Positions 10,112 through 20,510 of a stretch of DNA of 64,000 nt are shown one piece after another. This DNA comes from an uncultured Lachnospiraceae bacterium (GTDB lineage Bacteria > Bacillota > Clostridia > Oscillospirales > CAG-272), in the NCBI GenBank assembly GCA_964416635.1, contig CAYQEY010000001.1, positions 12,871 to 76,870 on the forward strand, in the 5' to 3' direction. The translations under genes were made by a program, and so were the position numbers. Below the pieces are notes generated by a model, which was not told the origin of the DNA, did not search any database, and saw only the letters and a list, made by a program, of their open reading frames with translations. How positions within the stretch are numbered: the stretch's first letter is position 1; each line of letters starts with the position of its first letter.

Positions 10112-11557
10112 ATGAAAAAATTGCTGTTTGTCGGCGCAGAGGCAATGCCATTTGCGGCAACGGGGGGGCTTGGCGACGTCCTCGGCTCGCTTCCGTCTTC
10201 AATAATTGAAGCAAGTAAGGGAGAGGTCGACGTAAGAGTCGTGCTTCCGCTTTACCGAGCAGTTTCACAGTCCTATCGTGATCAGATGACGAAGGTCTTT
10301 GAGGGTGAAGTGTCTCTTGCTTGGAGAAGACAGTACTGCGGCATATACTCCTTGCTCAAGGACGGAGTTACTTATTATTTCGTCGACAATAAATATTATT
10401 TCGACAGAGATACCCTGTACGGATTTATGGACGAGGGAGAGAGATTTGCATATTTTTGCAAGGTAGCTGCAGAGCTTCCGCGCCTTGTCGGATATTACCC
10501 CGATATCGTTCACGCGCACGATTGGTCGAGTGCGCTTACGCTTGTGTATATCAATGAAAAATTCAGAACGGTAGAGGGATATGAGAACATAAAGACGGTA
10601 TTTACGATCCATAATATTGAATATCAGGGTAAGTACGATTTTGCCATACTCGGAGACGTTTTTGAGCTTGATCAGTCATCCCGGCATATAGTTGAATACG
10701 ACGGATGTATCAATCTCATGAAGGGCGCTATAGTTTGTGCGGATGTAGTTACCACGGTCAGCCCAAGATATGCCGATGAGATATGCTCTCCCGAATACGC
10801 ACACGGACTCGACAGGATACTGCGCGACTCAAAGGAAAAGCTCTCGGGAATTCTCAACGGTATCGACTATAACTACTATGACCCTGCAAAGGATACAGTG
10901 ATCGAAAAGAACTACACGTGGCGTTCGCAAGATAAGAAATATGAAAACAAAACAGCCCTTCAACGCGAGCTCGGTCTTCCCGAAAGAAAAGATGTTCCGA
11001 TGATCTCGCTTATCTCCAGACTTGCTTCGCATAAGGGGCTGGATCTTGTTACAAGCATGATATATAAGCTTGTAGGTGAACGCGACGTTCAGCTTGTGGT
11101 CCTCGGCAAGGGCGAGGCGGAATATGAGAGGTTCTTCCGCGGTCTTGAAAACAACTACAAAGATAAGGTCAGAGCTCTTATAACCTACGACCGCGACCTT
11201 TCAAAGCGTATATACGCGGCGAGTGATATCTTTATGATGCCATCGAAGAGCGAGCCTTGCGGACTTTCACAAATGATAGCATCGCGTTACGGAGCCATAC
11301 CCGTAGTAAGAGAAACGGGCGGTCTTTACGACTCGATAAAGGGATTCTGGTTGGACGGAGGAAATATCAAGGGTAACGGCTTTACGTTTGCAAATTACAG
11401 CTCCTATGAGCTTGAAGAACGCACGTGCGCCGCAATAGATCTGTGGCATGACGAGGATCTGAGACGCAAATTCGTAGGCAAGATAATGAGAATAGATTTC
11501 TCATGGAAAAATTCTGCACAGAGTTATCTTGATATGTATGCTCCACTCTGGAAGTAA
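10112..11557 (+). CDS. glgA: Glycogen synthase (ADP-glucose type)
   Basis: MKKLLFVGAEAMPFAATGGLGDVLGSLP N-terminus and SKSEPCGLSQM motif. Confidence 0.95.
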   Translation: MKKLLFVGAEAMPFAATGGLGDVLGSLPSSIIEASKGEVDVRVVLPLYRAVSQSYRDQMTKVFEGEVSLAWRRQYCGIYSLLKDGVTYYFVDNKYYFDRDTLYGFMDEGERFAYFCKVAAELPRLVGYYPDIVHAHDWSSALTLVYINEKFRTVEGYENIKTVFTIHNIEYQGKYDFAILGDVFELDQSSRHIVEYDGCINLMKGAIVCADVVTTVSPRYADEICSPEYAHGLDRILRDSKEKLSGILNGIDYNYYDPAKDTVIEKNYTWRSQDKKYENKTALQRELGLPERKDVPMISLISRLASHKGLDLVTSMIYKLVGERDVQLVVLGKGEAEYERFFRGLENNYKDKVRALITYDRDLSKRIYAASDIFMMPSKSEPCGLSQMIASRYGAIPVVRETGGLYDSIKGFWLDGGNIKGNGFTFANYSSYELEERTCAAIDLWHDEDLRRKFVGKIMRIDFSWKNSAQSYLDMYAPLWK

Positions 11558-11585
11558 TACTGAAATTAAAATGCAATGACATATA

Positions 11586-11625
11586 AGACACCCGAACTTT
11601 TTGCTCGGGTGTCTTGGATGTTGTT
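11586..11625 (+). terminator. Hairpin (possible partial terminator) between glgA and glgP
   Basis: AGACACCCGA (11586-11595) pairs with TCGGGTGTCT (11605-11614), followed by a T-containing tail TGGATGTTGTT. Confidence 0.45.
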
Positions 11626-11649
11626 ATCGGAAAGGAAACACACAAATAA

Positions 11650-14082
11650 ATGGAAAACACAGCACTTACCAAAATGCAGGTAAAAGACAATATAGAAACA
11701 AAGCTTTCGAGATATTTCGGTTGCACACCGACAGAGGCATCTAAGGATCAGATGTACAAGGCAGTGGCAATGACTATAAGAGATATGCTCACTTCAAAGA
11801 GAAACGATTTTAAGCACGAGGTAAACGATACTCATTCAAAGAGAGTTTACTATATGTGTATGGAATTTTTGCTCGGCCGCTCGCTTAAAACAAACCTCGG
11901 TAACCTCGGACTGACCGAGGAATACCGTGAGGCACTTCACGAGTACGGCGTAGAGCTTGACGACCTTTTTGAATGTGAACCCGATGCCGGACTCGGTAAC
12001 GGAGGTCTCGGACGTCTTGCCGCTTGCTTTATGGACTCGCTCGCTTCTCTCGATTATCCCGCGACCGGATTTTCGATCTGCTATGAATACGGCTTTTTCA
12101 AGCAGATGATAGTTGACGGTATTCAGGTAGAGCTTCCCGACGTATGGCTTCCCGGAGGTGAGGTATGGCTCGTTCCGCGAACCGACCGTGCATATCAGGT
12201 AAGGATGGGCGGACATGTCCGCGAGGAATGGCGCGAGGGTCATATGGAAGTCATTTACGAGGACTGCGAAACTATCGAGGCAGTTCCTTACGATATGATG
12301 ATATCGGGTGCCGACAGTAAGGCTGTAAGCAGACTTCGACTCTGGAAGGCGAGAGATATCAGAAACTTTAATATGAATCTCTTCACTCAGGGTCAGTATG
12401 CAAGAGCCGTAGAGGAGAGCACGAACGCCGAGACTATCTCCAAGGTGCTTTATCCCTCGGACAATCATCTGGAGGGTAAGCTGCTCAGACTTACTCAGCA
12501 GTATTTTATGGTATCGGCATCCTGTCAGAGCATTATTCGCGACCATATGGCTGTTTACGGTACTATCGACAATCTCGCTGATAAGGTAGCGATCCATATC
12601 AACGATACCCACCCCGCACTCTGTATTCCCGAGCTTATGAGAATACTTATAGACGAGTATTTTATCTCTTGGGACAGAGCATGGAATATGGTAGTTAAGA
12701 TATGCTCTTATACAAATCACACGGTCATGCCCGAGGCGCTTGAAAAGTGGAATGAAGACCTCTTTAAGCTCAAGCTCCCAAGAATTTATTCAATTATCAA
12801 GGAGATCAACGAGCGCTTCTGCCGTGAGGCATGGAACGTTTTCCCCGGTAACTGGAACAGGATATCCAAGATGAGCATAGTGGGTTACGGTCAGGTGCAT
12901 ATGGCGAACCTCTGTGTGGTGGGATCTCATTATATCAACGGCGTGTCAAAGCTTCATTCGGATATTCTCAAAAAGTCCATATTCAATGATTTTTACGCTA
13001 TGTATCCCGAAAGGTTCGGAAACGTAACCAACGGAATCGCACACCGCCGTTGGCTCTGCTATTCCAACCCTCAGCTTGCAGAGTTGCTTGAGGAAACCAT
13101 AGGAAACGGATATCGCCATAATCCCATTGAGCTTAATAATTTTGCACGTTTTGCCGACGATAAGGAAGTGCTTGACCGCGTAAGAGCCATCAAGCATCAT
13201 AATAAGATCGAATTCTCCAATCTGCTTTATCGCAAAACGGGTAAGCTTATCGACACGCACTCGATGTTCGACGTACAGATAAAGCGTCTGCACGAGTATA
13301 AGAGACAGCTTCTCAACGTGCTTAACATTATCGGTCTTTATCTTGACATCAAGGACAGACCCAACGAGGACTTCCAGCCCATAACCTTCATGTTTGGAGC
13401 GAAGGCTGCACCCGGATACTACCACGCAAAGAGGATAATCAATCTTATCTATTGCCTCGGAAAAGAAATAGAGAACGATCCCGTGGCAAACAAGAAACTT
13501 GCGGTCGTCTTCCTTGAGGATTACAACGTAAGTATGGCTGAGGCTCTCGTGCCTGCGGCTGAGATCAGCGAACAGATCTCGATGGCGGGTAAAGAGGCAA
13601 GCGGTACGGGATGTATGAAGCTCATGATGAACGGTGCCATGACCATAGGTACGCTTGACGGCGCTAACATCGAGATGCTTGCCGAGGCAGGAAAAGACAA
13701 TATGTATATCTTCGGTCTTACAAGTGCTGAGGTAGATGACCTTTGGCAGAGAGGATATAACAGTGCAGAATTTTACACCTGCAATCAGAAGATACAGCGC
13801 ATAATAAACGCGCTTACCATGGGATTTGCGGGAGAATCCTTTGCAGATATCGCAAATTATCTGACCAAAGGCCCCGGAGTTGCCGATCCTTATATGTGCC
13901 TTGCCGATTTCGAGTCTTACCGTATGACTCACGAAAAGGCTGTATCGGATTATGCAGACAAGGAAAAGTGGAATCGTATGTCGCTTATGAATATCGCAGC
14001 GTCCGGATTCTTTGCGGCTGATCGCTCTATCAACGAATACGCAGAAAATATCTGGGGAATAAAGCGCCTTACGGATAAATAA
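11650..14082 (+). CDS. glgP: Glycogen / maltodextrin phosphorylase
   Basis: 810 aa. LGNGGLGRLAACFMDS motif and the pyridoxal-phosphate site region EASGTGCMKLMMNGA. Confidence 0.95.
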   Translation: MENTALTKMQVKDNIETKLSRYFGCTPTEASKDQMYKAVAMTIRDMLTSKRNDFKHEVNDTHSKRVYYMCMEFLLGRSLKTNLGNLGLTEEYREALHEYGVELDDLFECEPDAGLGNGGLGRLAACFMDSLASLDYPATGFSICYEYGFFKQMIVDGIQVELPDVWLPGGEVWLVPRTDRAYQVRMGGHVREEWREGHMEVIYEDCETIEAVPYDMMISGADSKAVSRLRLWKARDIRNFNMNLFTQGQYARAVEESTNAETISKVLYPSDNHLEGKLLRLTQQYFMVSASCQSIIRDHMAVYGTIDNLADKVAIHINDTHPALCIPELMRILIDEYFISWDRAWNMVVKICSYTNHTVMPEALEKWNEDLFKLKLPRIYSIIKEINERFCREAWNVFPGNWNRISKMSIVGYGQVHMANLCVVGSHYINGVSKLHSDILKKSIFNDFYAMYPERFGNVTNGIAHRRWLCYSNPQLAELLEETIGNGYRHNPIELNNFARFADDKEVLDRVRAIKHHNKIEFSNLLYRKTGKLIDTHSMFDVQIKRLHEYKRQLLNVLNIIGLYLDIKDRPNEDFQPITFMFGAKAAPGYYHAKRIINLIYCLGKEIENDPVANKKLAVVFLEDYNVSMAEALVPAAEISEQISMAGKEASGTGCMKLMMNGAMTIGTLDGANIEMLAEAGKDNMYIFGLTSAEVDDLWQRGYNSAEFYTCNQKIQRIINALTMGFAGESFADIANYLTKGPGVADPYMCLADFESYRMTHEKAVSDYADKEKWNRMSLMNIAASGFFAADRSINEYAENIWGIKRLTDK

Positions 14083-14093
14083 AAAATTACAGG

Positions 14094-16013
14094 ATGGATA
14101 CCCGAGCAATGCTTATACGACTCTCGGATTGGGATATGTGTATGCCCATTATCAAAAAAAGAATAAACGGTACCGATATTTCTACAAGAGGAAGCTTTGC
14201 TTGTGGGGAGTGCCCCGAATTTACAGTCGAAGCACCAAGAAAACTTGGTGCTTCGGCAGTCGTCTTTCGCATACAAAAGGATGGGTGCGCAGACAGCGAT
14301 ATTCCGTTTTCCTTTACGTCAACTGACGGAGTGAGCGATATCTACACACTGTGCGTAGATACCGCGGCATTGTGTGACGGTGAGGAGGACGGGCTTTTCT
14401 TTTACGAGATACTTTTCTTGCGCGGAGGCGATACGCTTTTTACTTCCACGTCAAATAACGTCGATTTCGAGCTTCTTGACCATTCTCAAAGCAGATTTAC
14501 TCTTCTCGTATATAAAAAAGATTTTAGGACGCCGTCGTGGTTTCAAGGACGGACGATGTATCAGATATTTGTCGACCGATTTTACAAAGGCGAGGGCAGT
14601 GTCGGAGAGCGTCCGGACGTAATAATGAATGATGATTGGGAAAACGGTATACCGCAGTATGCAGAGATACAAGGGGAGGACGTCAAGAACAATATGTTCT
14701 TCGGCGGCAATCTTTGGGGCGTGGCTGAGAAGATCGACTATCTCAAAGCCATGGGCATCGGTGTGATATATCTCAACCCTATTTTCAAAGCGTATTCTAA
14801 CCACAAATACGATACGGGCGACTATTTCGAGGTCGATTCGATGTTCGGCGGAAAGGAAGCTCTTGAAAATCTTATTGAAAAGGCAAACGCTGTCGATATA
14901 AAGATAATTCTTGACGGAGTTTTTAACCACACGGGTGATAACAGCCGCTATTTTGACCGCTACGGTGAGTACGGCGGTGTGGGTGCTTACGGTAATGAGA
15001 ATTCGGATTATCGCGATTGGTACAAATTCGGCAACAGTTGCGACGACTTTGAATCATGGTGGGGCATAAAAATACTCCCGAGACTTAACCATGAATGTGA
15101 AAGCTGCCGCCGTTTTTTTACAGGTGAAAACGGAGTTGGGGCTTATTATATAAAAATGGGGATAGCCGGTTGGCGACTCGACGTTGCAGACGAGCTGTCT
15201 GATGAATTTCTCGATGAATTTACGGCAAGCGTGAAAAGCGCGAGCGGAGGCGATGCGCTAATCATCGGAGAGGTATGGGAGAACGCCGCAGTCAAGATCG
15301 CATATGAAAAACGCAGAAGATATCTACGCGGTGATCAGCTTGACAGCGTTATGAATTATCCTATTCGCAACGGAATAATAGAGTTCGTGATCAACCAAAA
15401 CGCAAAAGTACTTTCCGACGTGCTGAAATCGATCTATTCGACCTATCCGAAATCGGTATGTGACTCGTTGATGAATATTCTCGGGACACATGATACCGAG
15501 CGTATACTGACGGTCTTTGGCAAGCAGAGTGCTCAGGCTACGGTCGGAAGTGGAAGCGAGCTTGCAGGGATGAAGCTTGGTAAAGAGGAACGCAAAAAAG
15601 CTTTACAGAGCCTTAAAATTGCCGCGGCAATACAGTTTACCGTCTACGGTGTTCCGTCAATCTATTACGGCGATGAGGCAGGCGCAGAGGGCTATAGAGA
15701 TCCTTTCTGCCGCAGGACATATCCGTGGGGCAGGGAAGATGGCGAGCTTCTTGAATGGTATCGCACCCTCGGCAGGATAAGAAATGAAAACCGTGATGTA
15801 TTGGCTGACGGAGAATTCAGCGTAAGACACGCGGAAGGCGGGATTATCGTTTATACACGAAGCACGAATAGAGGCGAGCTTTGCGTGATCGCAAATAGCT
15901 CGGAGAGCGAATGTTCATACGAGCTTGATGGTGAATGGGACGAGCTTGTCGGCGGTAATGTATACGCCGGAAGAATTTTGGCACGGAGCGTTGCAATACT
16001 TCGCAGAAAATGA
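14094..16013 (+). CDS. GH13 alpha-amylase-family enzyme (neopullulanase / cyclomaltodextrinase-like)
   Basis: GH13 regions I-IV: ILDGVFNHTG, GWRLDVADE, IIGEVWE, NILGTHDTER. Confidence 0.85.
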   Translation: MDTRAMLIRLSDWDMCMPIIKKRINGTDISTRGSFACGECPEFTVEAPRKLGASAVVFRIQKDGCADSDIPFSFTSTDGVSDIYTLCVDTAALCDGEEDGLFFYEILFLRGGDTLFTSTSNNVDFELLDHSQSRFTLLVYKKDFRTPSWFQGRTMYQIFVDRFYKGEGSVGERPDVIMNDDWENGIPQYAEIQGEDVKNNMFFGGNLWGVAEKIDYLKAMGIGVIYLNPIFKAYSNHKYDTGDYFEVDSMFGGKEALENLIEKANAVDIKIILDGVFNHTGDNSRYFDRYGEYGGVGAYGNENSDYRDWYKFGNSCDDFESWWGIKILPRLNHECESCRRFFTGENGVGAYYIKMGIAGWRLDVADELSDEFLDEFTASVKSASGGDALIIGEVWENAAVKIAYEKRRRYLRGDQLDSVMNYPIRNGIIEFVINQNAKVLSDVLKSIYSTYPKSVCDSLMNILGTHDTERILTVFGKQSAQATVGSGSELAGMKLGKEERKKALQSLKIAAAIQFTVYGVPSIYYGDEAGAEGYRDPFCRRTYPWGREDGELLEWYRTLGRIRNENRDVLADGEFSVRHAEGGIIVYTRSTNRGELCVIANSSESECSYELDGEWDELVGGNVYAGRILARSVAILRRK

Positions 16014-16026
16014 TTTGGAGGAGAGT

Positions 16027-16359
16027 ATGGGGCTTTTCGGCAAGAAAAAAAGTGATCCCAACAGTAAGCGATTCCGTTGGGAGATGGCGCGTGCCGTTGA
16101 AGGACAGCATATAAAATACGTCACCGAAAAAAAGGACGGCGAGGTAGACGAGGTGATCGGGCGTAACGGCGGGCTTAACATTCGAGAGGATGAATTTATC
16201 GTTTATGCCTCGGCAAACGTACTTTTCAGGTGCAAGGTGGATGATTTGCAGATATGGGAGCTTCTCTCCAAGGATGGCGTAGTGCTCACGGGTCCCGACA
16301 TTGAGAGTGGAGGAAAGGTACGTACCGTAGTGGCATATTACGTTTATTACAGAAAGTAA
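16027..16359 (+). CDS. Hypothetical small protein (110 aa)
   Basis: ATG at 16027 after GGAGGAG. The longer ORF-track start would overlap the GH13 gene. No motif recognised. Confidence 0.45.
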   Translation: MGLFGKKKSDPNSKRFRWEMARAVEGQHIKYVTEKKDGEVDEVIGRNGGLNIREDEFIVYASANVLFRCKVDDLQIWELLSKDGVVLTGPDIESGGKVRTVVAYYVYYRK

Positions 16360-16363
16360 ATTT

Positions 16364-16819
16364 ATGAGCAGAGACATAGAAATGATGAAAAGAGCGCTTG
16401 AGCTTGCACGATGCGCGTCGGATATGGGTGAGATACCCGTGGGCGCACTCGTTGTTGACAGCAAGAGCGGAGAGATAATATCAGAGTCGCATAATCTGCG
16501 CGAGACAAACAAGATCGCTACCGCACACGCAGAGATATTGGCTATTGAGAACGCTTGCCGCGCACGAGGCGGCTGGCGGCTTTGCGGTTGCACTCTTTAT
16601 GTTACTCTTGAACCCTGTCCGATGTGCGCAGGAGCGCTTATCAATTCAAGGATCGACCGCGTGGTATATGGCACAGGGGATATGCTTGCAGGCTGCTGCG
16701 GCAGCGTGATAAATTTCAATTCTTATCCGTTTAATCATTCATTTGCCGTTACCGGCGGTGTATGCGAGAACGAATGCAGAGAACTGCTGACGGAATTTTT
16801 TGAAAAGAGAAGAAGATAA
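16364..16819 (+). CDS. tadA: tRNA adenosine(34) deaminase
   Basis: HAEILAIENA...TLEPCPMCAGAL CDA zinc motifs, 151 aa. Confidence 0.95.
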   Translation: MSRDIEMMKRALELARCASDMGEIPVGALVVDSKSGEIISESHNLRETNKIATAHAEILAIENACRARGGWRLCGCTLYVTLEPCPMCAGALINSRIDRVVYGTGDMLAGCCGSVINFNSYPFNHSFAVTGGVCENECRELLTEFFEKRRR

Positions 16820-16839
16820 GCCGAGTTTGTCGGCTTTTG
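16819..16839 (+). terminator. Terminator hairpin 1 after tadA
   Basis: AGCCGA (16819-16824) pairs with TCGGCT (16830-16835), followed by TTT. Confidence 0.5.
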
Positions 16840-16847
16840 AATATCAG

Positions 16848-16890
16848 AGGTTTTTCCGAATGTCGACAAGCCGGAAAAACCTTTTGTATT
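16848..16890 (+). terminator. Terminator hairpin 2 after tadA
   Basis: AGGTTTTTCCG (16848-16858) pairs with CGGAAAAACCT (16872-16882), followed by TTTGTATTT. Confidence 0.7.
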
Positions 16891-16910
16891 TGTCGGGCAC
16901 TCACCGTACA

Positions 16911-16955
16911 ATAAAATAGAAAGCTTTCCGGGAAATAAAGAATCCGGGAAAGCTT
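16911..16955 (-). terminator. Terminator of the DUF815 gene
   Basis: AAGCTTTCC (16921-16929) pairs with GGAAAGCTT (16947-16955). On the minus strand it is followed by TCTATTTTAT. Confidence 0.6.
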
Positions 16956-16990
16956 CATTGGAAAAATACTCGTAATAAACTTAATTATTG

Positions 16991-18304
16991 TCATTTTTGC
17001 ATACCGCAAAGATGGTTTATAAACTGTTGAGCGGTACGGCCGGAGATGCCGCCGTTTCTCATTTCCCATTTGTGTGCCTCGGCAATGATCTGCTCGGGGG
17101 CCATTTTTATTTGCGGATATCTTTCGGCGAGTTTAAGCACTATATCGTCAAACTCGCGATAAGACGGCTTAAAATATCCTATAGAAAGTCCGAAGCGGTT
17201 AACGAGCGAAAGTTTTTCTTCTATAGTCTCAGAGCGGTGTATATCTCCGTCCTGCGTTGAGTCGCTGCGGTCATTCCATGTTTCCTTAATAAGGTGGCGG
17301 CGATTGGAAGTTGCATATATGAGTACATTATCAGGTTTTGTCTCCACTCCGCCCTCAATTATTGCCTTGAGGTATTTGTATTCGATCTCCTGCTCCTCGA
17401 AGGAGAGGTCGTCCATGTATATTATAAAGCGGTAATTCCGATTCTTTATCTCGGAAATAACGCGCGAGAGGTTGCAGAATTGATGCTTATAGATCTCTAT
17501 CATTCTCAGACCTTTGTCGTAATACTGATTGACTATAGCCTTGATGCTGGTGGATTTTCCCGTACCACTGTCGCCGTAAAGCAGAATATTGTTTGCACCG
17601 CGTCCCTCGACGAAGGCTTCGGTATTTTCGGTCAATGCCTTCTTTTGCAGCTCGTAGCCGATAAGATCCGAAAGATGCACAGGCTCCATATTGGTGATCG
17701 GGCGAATTTTCATATTTTTTCCGTCGTCATCGCTCTCGATTCGGAAGGCTTTGTTGAGGCCGAACATTCCGACTCCGTAGTTGCGGTAAAACTCGGAAAC
17801 AGCCTCAAATATCTCCTTGCCGTCTTTTGCACGCTCGATCTCAGCGCTCAGAGCGCGTACCTTTTCGCTGACGTTTTTGTTGAATATTTGCTCTCGCTTG
17901 GCTATTGCACGGTAATTTGAAAGGGTAGTGAAGCAGTTAATATCAAGCTCATGCTCTATGCGTGAAAAATCAAAATCGAAGAGAGATTTGAAGACGCAGA
18001 AATCGTTGATTGCGAATCCGTTGACGGTACCATCCTGCTTTCCTGCCTTTTCATAGGTAAGGCTGAAGGGGTTTTCGTCGGTTATAATAAGAAAAGTAAG
18101 ATAGTTGTGCCAAAGGTTGTTGTCAAAGCCGTATTTCGTGGCGATCTCGAGCAGACGGCGCACCTCTGCATATATTCGCGTGCGAAGAGATTCGGGTGTA
18201 TCGGTACCGCCTTCAAAGTCCTTGAAGATCTTGCCGAGCATCGATAGAATATTGTTTTCGCTTGCGTCACGGTATATTATAAATTTTGATATTTCACGGT
18301 ACAT
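16991..18304 (-). CDS. AAA-type ATPase, DUF815 family
   Basis: Walker [17 protein letters not shown], Walker [14 protein letters not shown] at 18304 follows AAAGGA. Confidence 0.75.
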   Translation of the reverse strand: MYREISKFIIYRDASENNILSMLGKIFKDFEGGTDTPESLRTRIYAEVRRLLEIATKYGFDNNLWHNYLTFLIITDENPFSLTYEKAGKQDGTVNGFAINDFCVFKSLFDFDFSRIEHELDINCFTTLSNYRAIAKREQIFNKNVSEKVRALSAEIERAKDGKEIFEAVSEFYRNYGVGMFGLNKAFRIESDDDGKNMKIRPITNMEPVHLSDLIGYELQKKALTENTEAFVEGRGANNILLYGDSGTGKSTSIKAIVNQYYDKGLRMIEIYKHQFCNLSRVISEIKNRNYRFIIYMDDLSFEEQEIEYKYLKAIIEGGVETKPDNVLIYATSNRRHLIKETWNDRSDSTQDGDIHRSETIEEKLSLVNRFGLSIGYFKPSYREFDDIVLKLAERYPQIKMAPEQIIAEAHKWEMRNGGISGRTAQQFINHLCGMQK

Positions 18305-18378
18305 GATATGTGATCCTTTCATAGGTAGATTTAATAAACACAGGAATATTGTATCATATTTGCCCGATTTGTGCAACA

Positions 18379-18418
18379 AAAAAATAAAAATCAGCAGATA
18401 AAATTCCGCTGATTTTTA
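18379..18418. terminator. Bidirectional hairpin terminator (ends the pot operon)
   Basis: ATCAGC (18390-18395) pairs with GCTGAT (18408-18413), flanked by an A-run and a T-run. Confidence 0.65.
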
Positions 18419-18426
18419 TATAAACA

Positions 18427-19677
18427 TTATTTAGGTCGTTCCGTATAATATTTTGATCTCTTTCGCTTCTTGACAGTGTGAGCGACTGTCAGAACAATGA
18501 TGGCGAAAATTATAACGCCGCAACAGATATAGATTCCGTTTCCGATCGTATTCTCTACTTTAAGCTCCTCCCAAAGATCATTGAGCAGAACGAGTTTATC
18601 CGGGGCAAGATTGAGGTATGCTTGTGATGGAACCGAGTTAGACGCCTCTCCGTAGAGTATCTCAAGTGCGTCAGGGTGTACCTCGGACATTGTCTCGATA
18701 TACTCTTCGTTGCTTACCACGGTCGTGAGCGGCGAGGCGTAGTATGTATATTCCGCATTGGCTACAGCTATTTCTTCCTCGCACATAAAGTTTATGTACT
18801 CATGTGCCAGGTCGTAATTTTTCGAATCCTTCGGAATACACATAGCGTCTATATAAGAATTTGTGCCTTCCTTGGGATAGAAGAATGCAAGATCCTCGTT
18901 GTCTTCGTACATCGACATAAAATCGCCTGCATAATATGCCGCAATTGCCGCCGATCCGCTGGACATCTTGTTGAAGATCTCGTCCATAACGTAGCCTTGT
19001 ACCAAAGTTTTCTGCTCTATAAGGAGGTCGCGGGCTTCAATCCACTGTTCCTCGGTTGCGTCGTTTACGTCGTATCCCTTCCAATAGAGCGCCGTTCCGA
19101 ACGCATCGCGGCTGTTGTTGAACTGAAGGATATCGCGGGTATATTTTTCATCCCACATAAGGCTCCAGCTTTCAAGAGCGGCGTCCTCCTCGCTGACGAT
19201 AGAGGTATTGTAAATAATACCGACCATACCGTAGAAGTAGGGAACAGAGTATACTTTGTCGCTGTCGTCCTCATAGTATACATTGTCTCCCTTGAATTTT
19301 TCGTCAATGTACTGATAATTCGGGATCTTTGACAGATCAAGCGGAGCAAGCATATCTTCTTTGACCATACGCTGTATCATATAGTCTGACGGTATGATGA
19401 CATCATACGATGCCGAGCCGCTTTCTATCTTTGCGTACATGCTTTCGTTGCTTGAAAATGTCGAATAATTTACCTTTACCCGCTTTCCGGTCTTTTCGTA
19501 GTAATACTCTTCAAAGGCTTTGTTGGTGTCAAGCGTTTCCTCTGAGCCGTCGGAGATATACTCTCCCCAGTTGTAAACGTATAGTGTCGTAACATCCTCC
19601 GAGCCGCAGGAGACGAGCGAGAGGCAAATAGGCAGAGTCAATGCGGCTATAATTGCAAAAATGATAAGCTTTTTCAC
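18427..19677 (-). CDS. potD: Spermidine/putrescine ABC transporter substrate-binding lipoprotein with an extra C-terminal TM anchor
   Basis: Lipobox LSLVSC. PotD-like body (YVYNWGEYISD..., SVPYFYGMVGIIYN). C-terminal hydrophobic helix IYICCGVIIFAIIVLTVA followed by KKRKRSK. Confidence 0.85.
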   Translation of the reverse strand: MKKLIIFAIIAALTLPICLSLVSCGSEDVTTLYVYNWGEYISDGSEETLDTNKAFEEYYYEKTGKRVKVNYSTFSSNESMYAKIESGSASYDVIIPSDYMIQRMVKEDMLAPLDLSKIPNYQYIDEKFKGDNVYYEDDSDKVYSVPYFYGMVGIIYNTSIVSEEDAALESWSLMWDEKYTRDILQFNNSRDAFGTALYWKGYDVNDATEEQWIEARDLLIEQKTLVQGYVMDEIFNKMSSGSAAIAAYYAGDFMSMYEDNEDLAFFYPKEGTNSYIDAMCIPKDSKNYDLAHEYINFMCEEEIAVANAEYTYYASPLTTVVSNEEYIETMSEVHPDALEILYGEASNSVPSQAYLNLAPDKLVLLNDLWEELKVENTIGNGIYICCGVIIFAIIVLTVAHTVKKRKRSKYYTERPK

Positions 19678-20510
19678 TGCGCCACTCCCCCCTTCGCCGC
19701 TTTGCGGTGCTTACGGTGAGGCTTTTTGTCCTTCTTTGCACCGGCGATGTTTACTGCTATCAAAAGAACGAGTATGGTGAGTATTATCAGCGTACAGAGT
19801 GCGTACATACTGAACTTGACCTCGTGTGCCGTCTGATTGTAAATGTACAGCGGCAGGGTCTTGAAGTCGGGCGAGCTCACGAAATGGCTGATAACGAAGT
19901 CATCAAGCGAAAGCGTAAAGCTCATCATAAGTCCGGAAATGATACCGGGCATTATGGCGGGAACCTCTATTCTGAAGAAAGTCTTTGTCGGCGTACATCC
20001 GAGGTCGAGCGCCGCTTCGATAAGATTCTTGTCCATCTGCTTGAATTTGGGCAGTATGGAGAGAATAACGTATGGCAGGTTGAAGGTAGTGTGCGCGATA
20101 AGCATAGTCCAGAAGCCGAGCACGCTATTGAGGTTGAATATCAGCGCAAATCCGACGAAAAGAAGCATCATCGATACTCCGGTCACGATATCCGGGTTCA
20201 TCATGGGGATATTGGTAACGCTCTTCATTATCGACTGATAATATTTGTTTTTTGAATGAGCGATGCTGAAGGAGGCAAGCGTACCGATAACGGTTGCAAG
20301 TGCCGAGGAGCATAGAGCCAAAAGAAGCGAGTTTTTTAGTGCCTCGATTGCTTCTCCGCTTCTGAAAAGATCCTTATACCAATAAAGAGTAAAGCCCGAA
20401 AAGCTGCTCAGGTTTCCCGAAGCATTGAATGAGAAGAGGATAACCACTAAGATCGGGGCGTACAGGAGCGCGAAAATAATAAAAATATAGAATCTCGAGA
20501 GGAATTTCAT
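19674..20510 (-). CDS. potC: Spermidine/putrescine ABC transporter permease
   Basis: Binding-protein-dependent permease EAA loop IEAALDLGCTPTKTFFRIEVP. Overlaps both neighbours by 4 nt. Confidence 0.85.
   Translation of the reverse strand: MKFLSRFYIFIIFALLYAPILVVILFSFNASGNLSSFSGFTLYWYKDLFRSGEAIEALKNSLLLALCSSALATVIGTLASFSIAHSKNKYYQSIMKSVTNIPMMNPDIVTGVSMMLLFVGFALIFNLNSVLGFWTMLIAHTTFNLPYVILSILPKFKQMDKNLIEAALDLGCTPTKTFFRIEVPAIMPGIISGLMMSFTLSLDDFVISHFVSSPDFKTLPLYIYNQTAHEVKFSMYALCTLIILTILVLLIAVNIAGAKKDKKPHRKHRKAAKGGVAQ

Noticed and set aside
16820-16990. Possible SRP RNA (scr/ffs) downstream of tadA, as in the Bacillus tadA-scr-dnaX arrangement.
   Set aside because: The region consists of three simple terminator hairpins. 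The conserved SRP domain IV sequence (…GGUCCGGAAGGAAGCAGC…-like) is absent.
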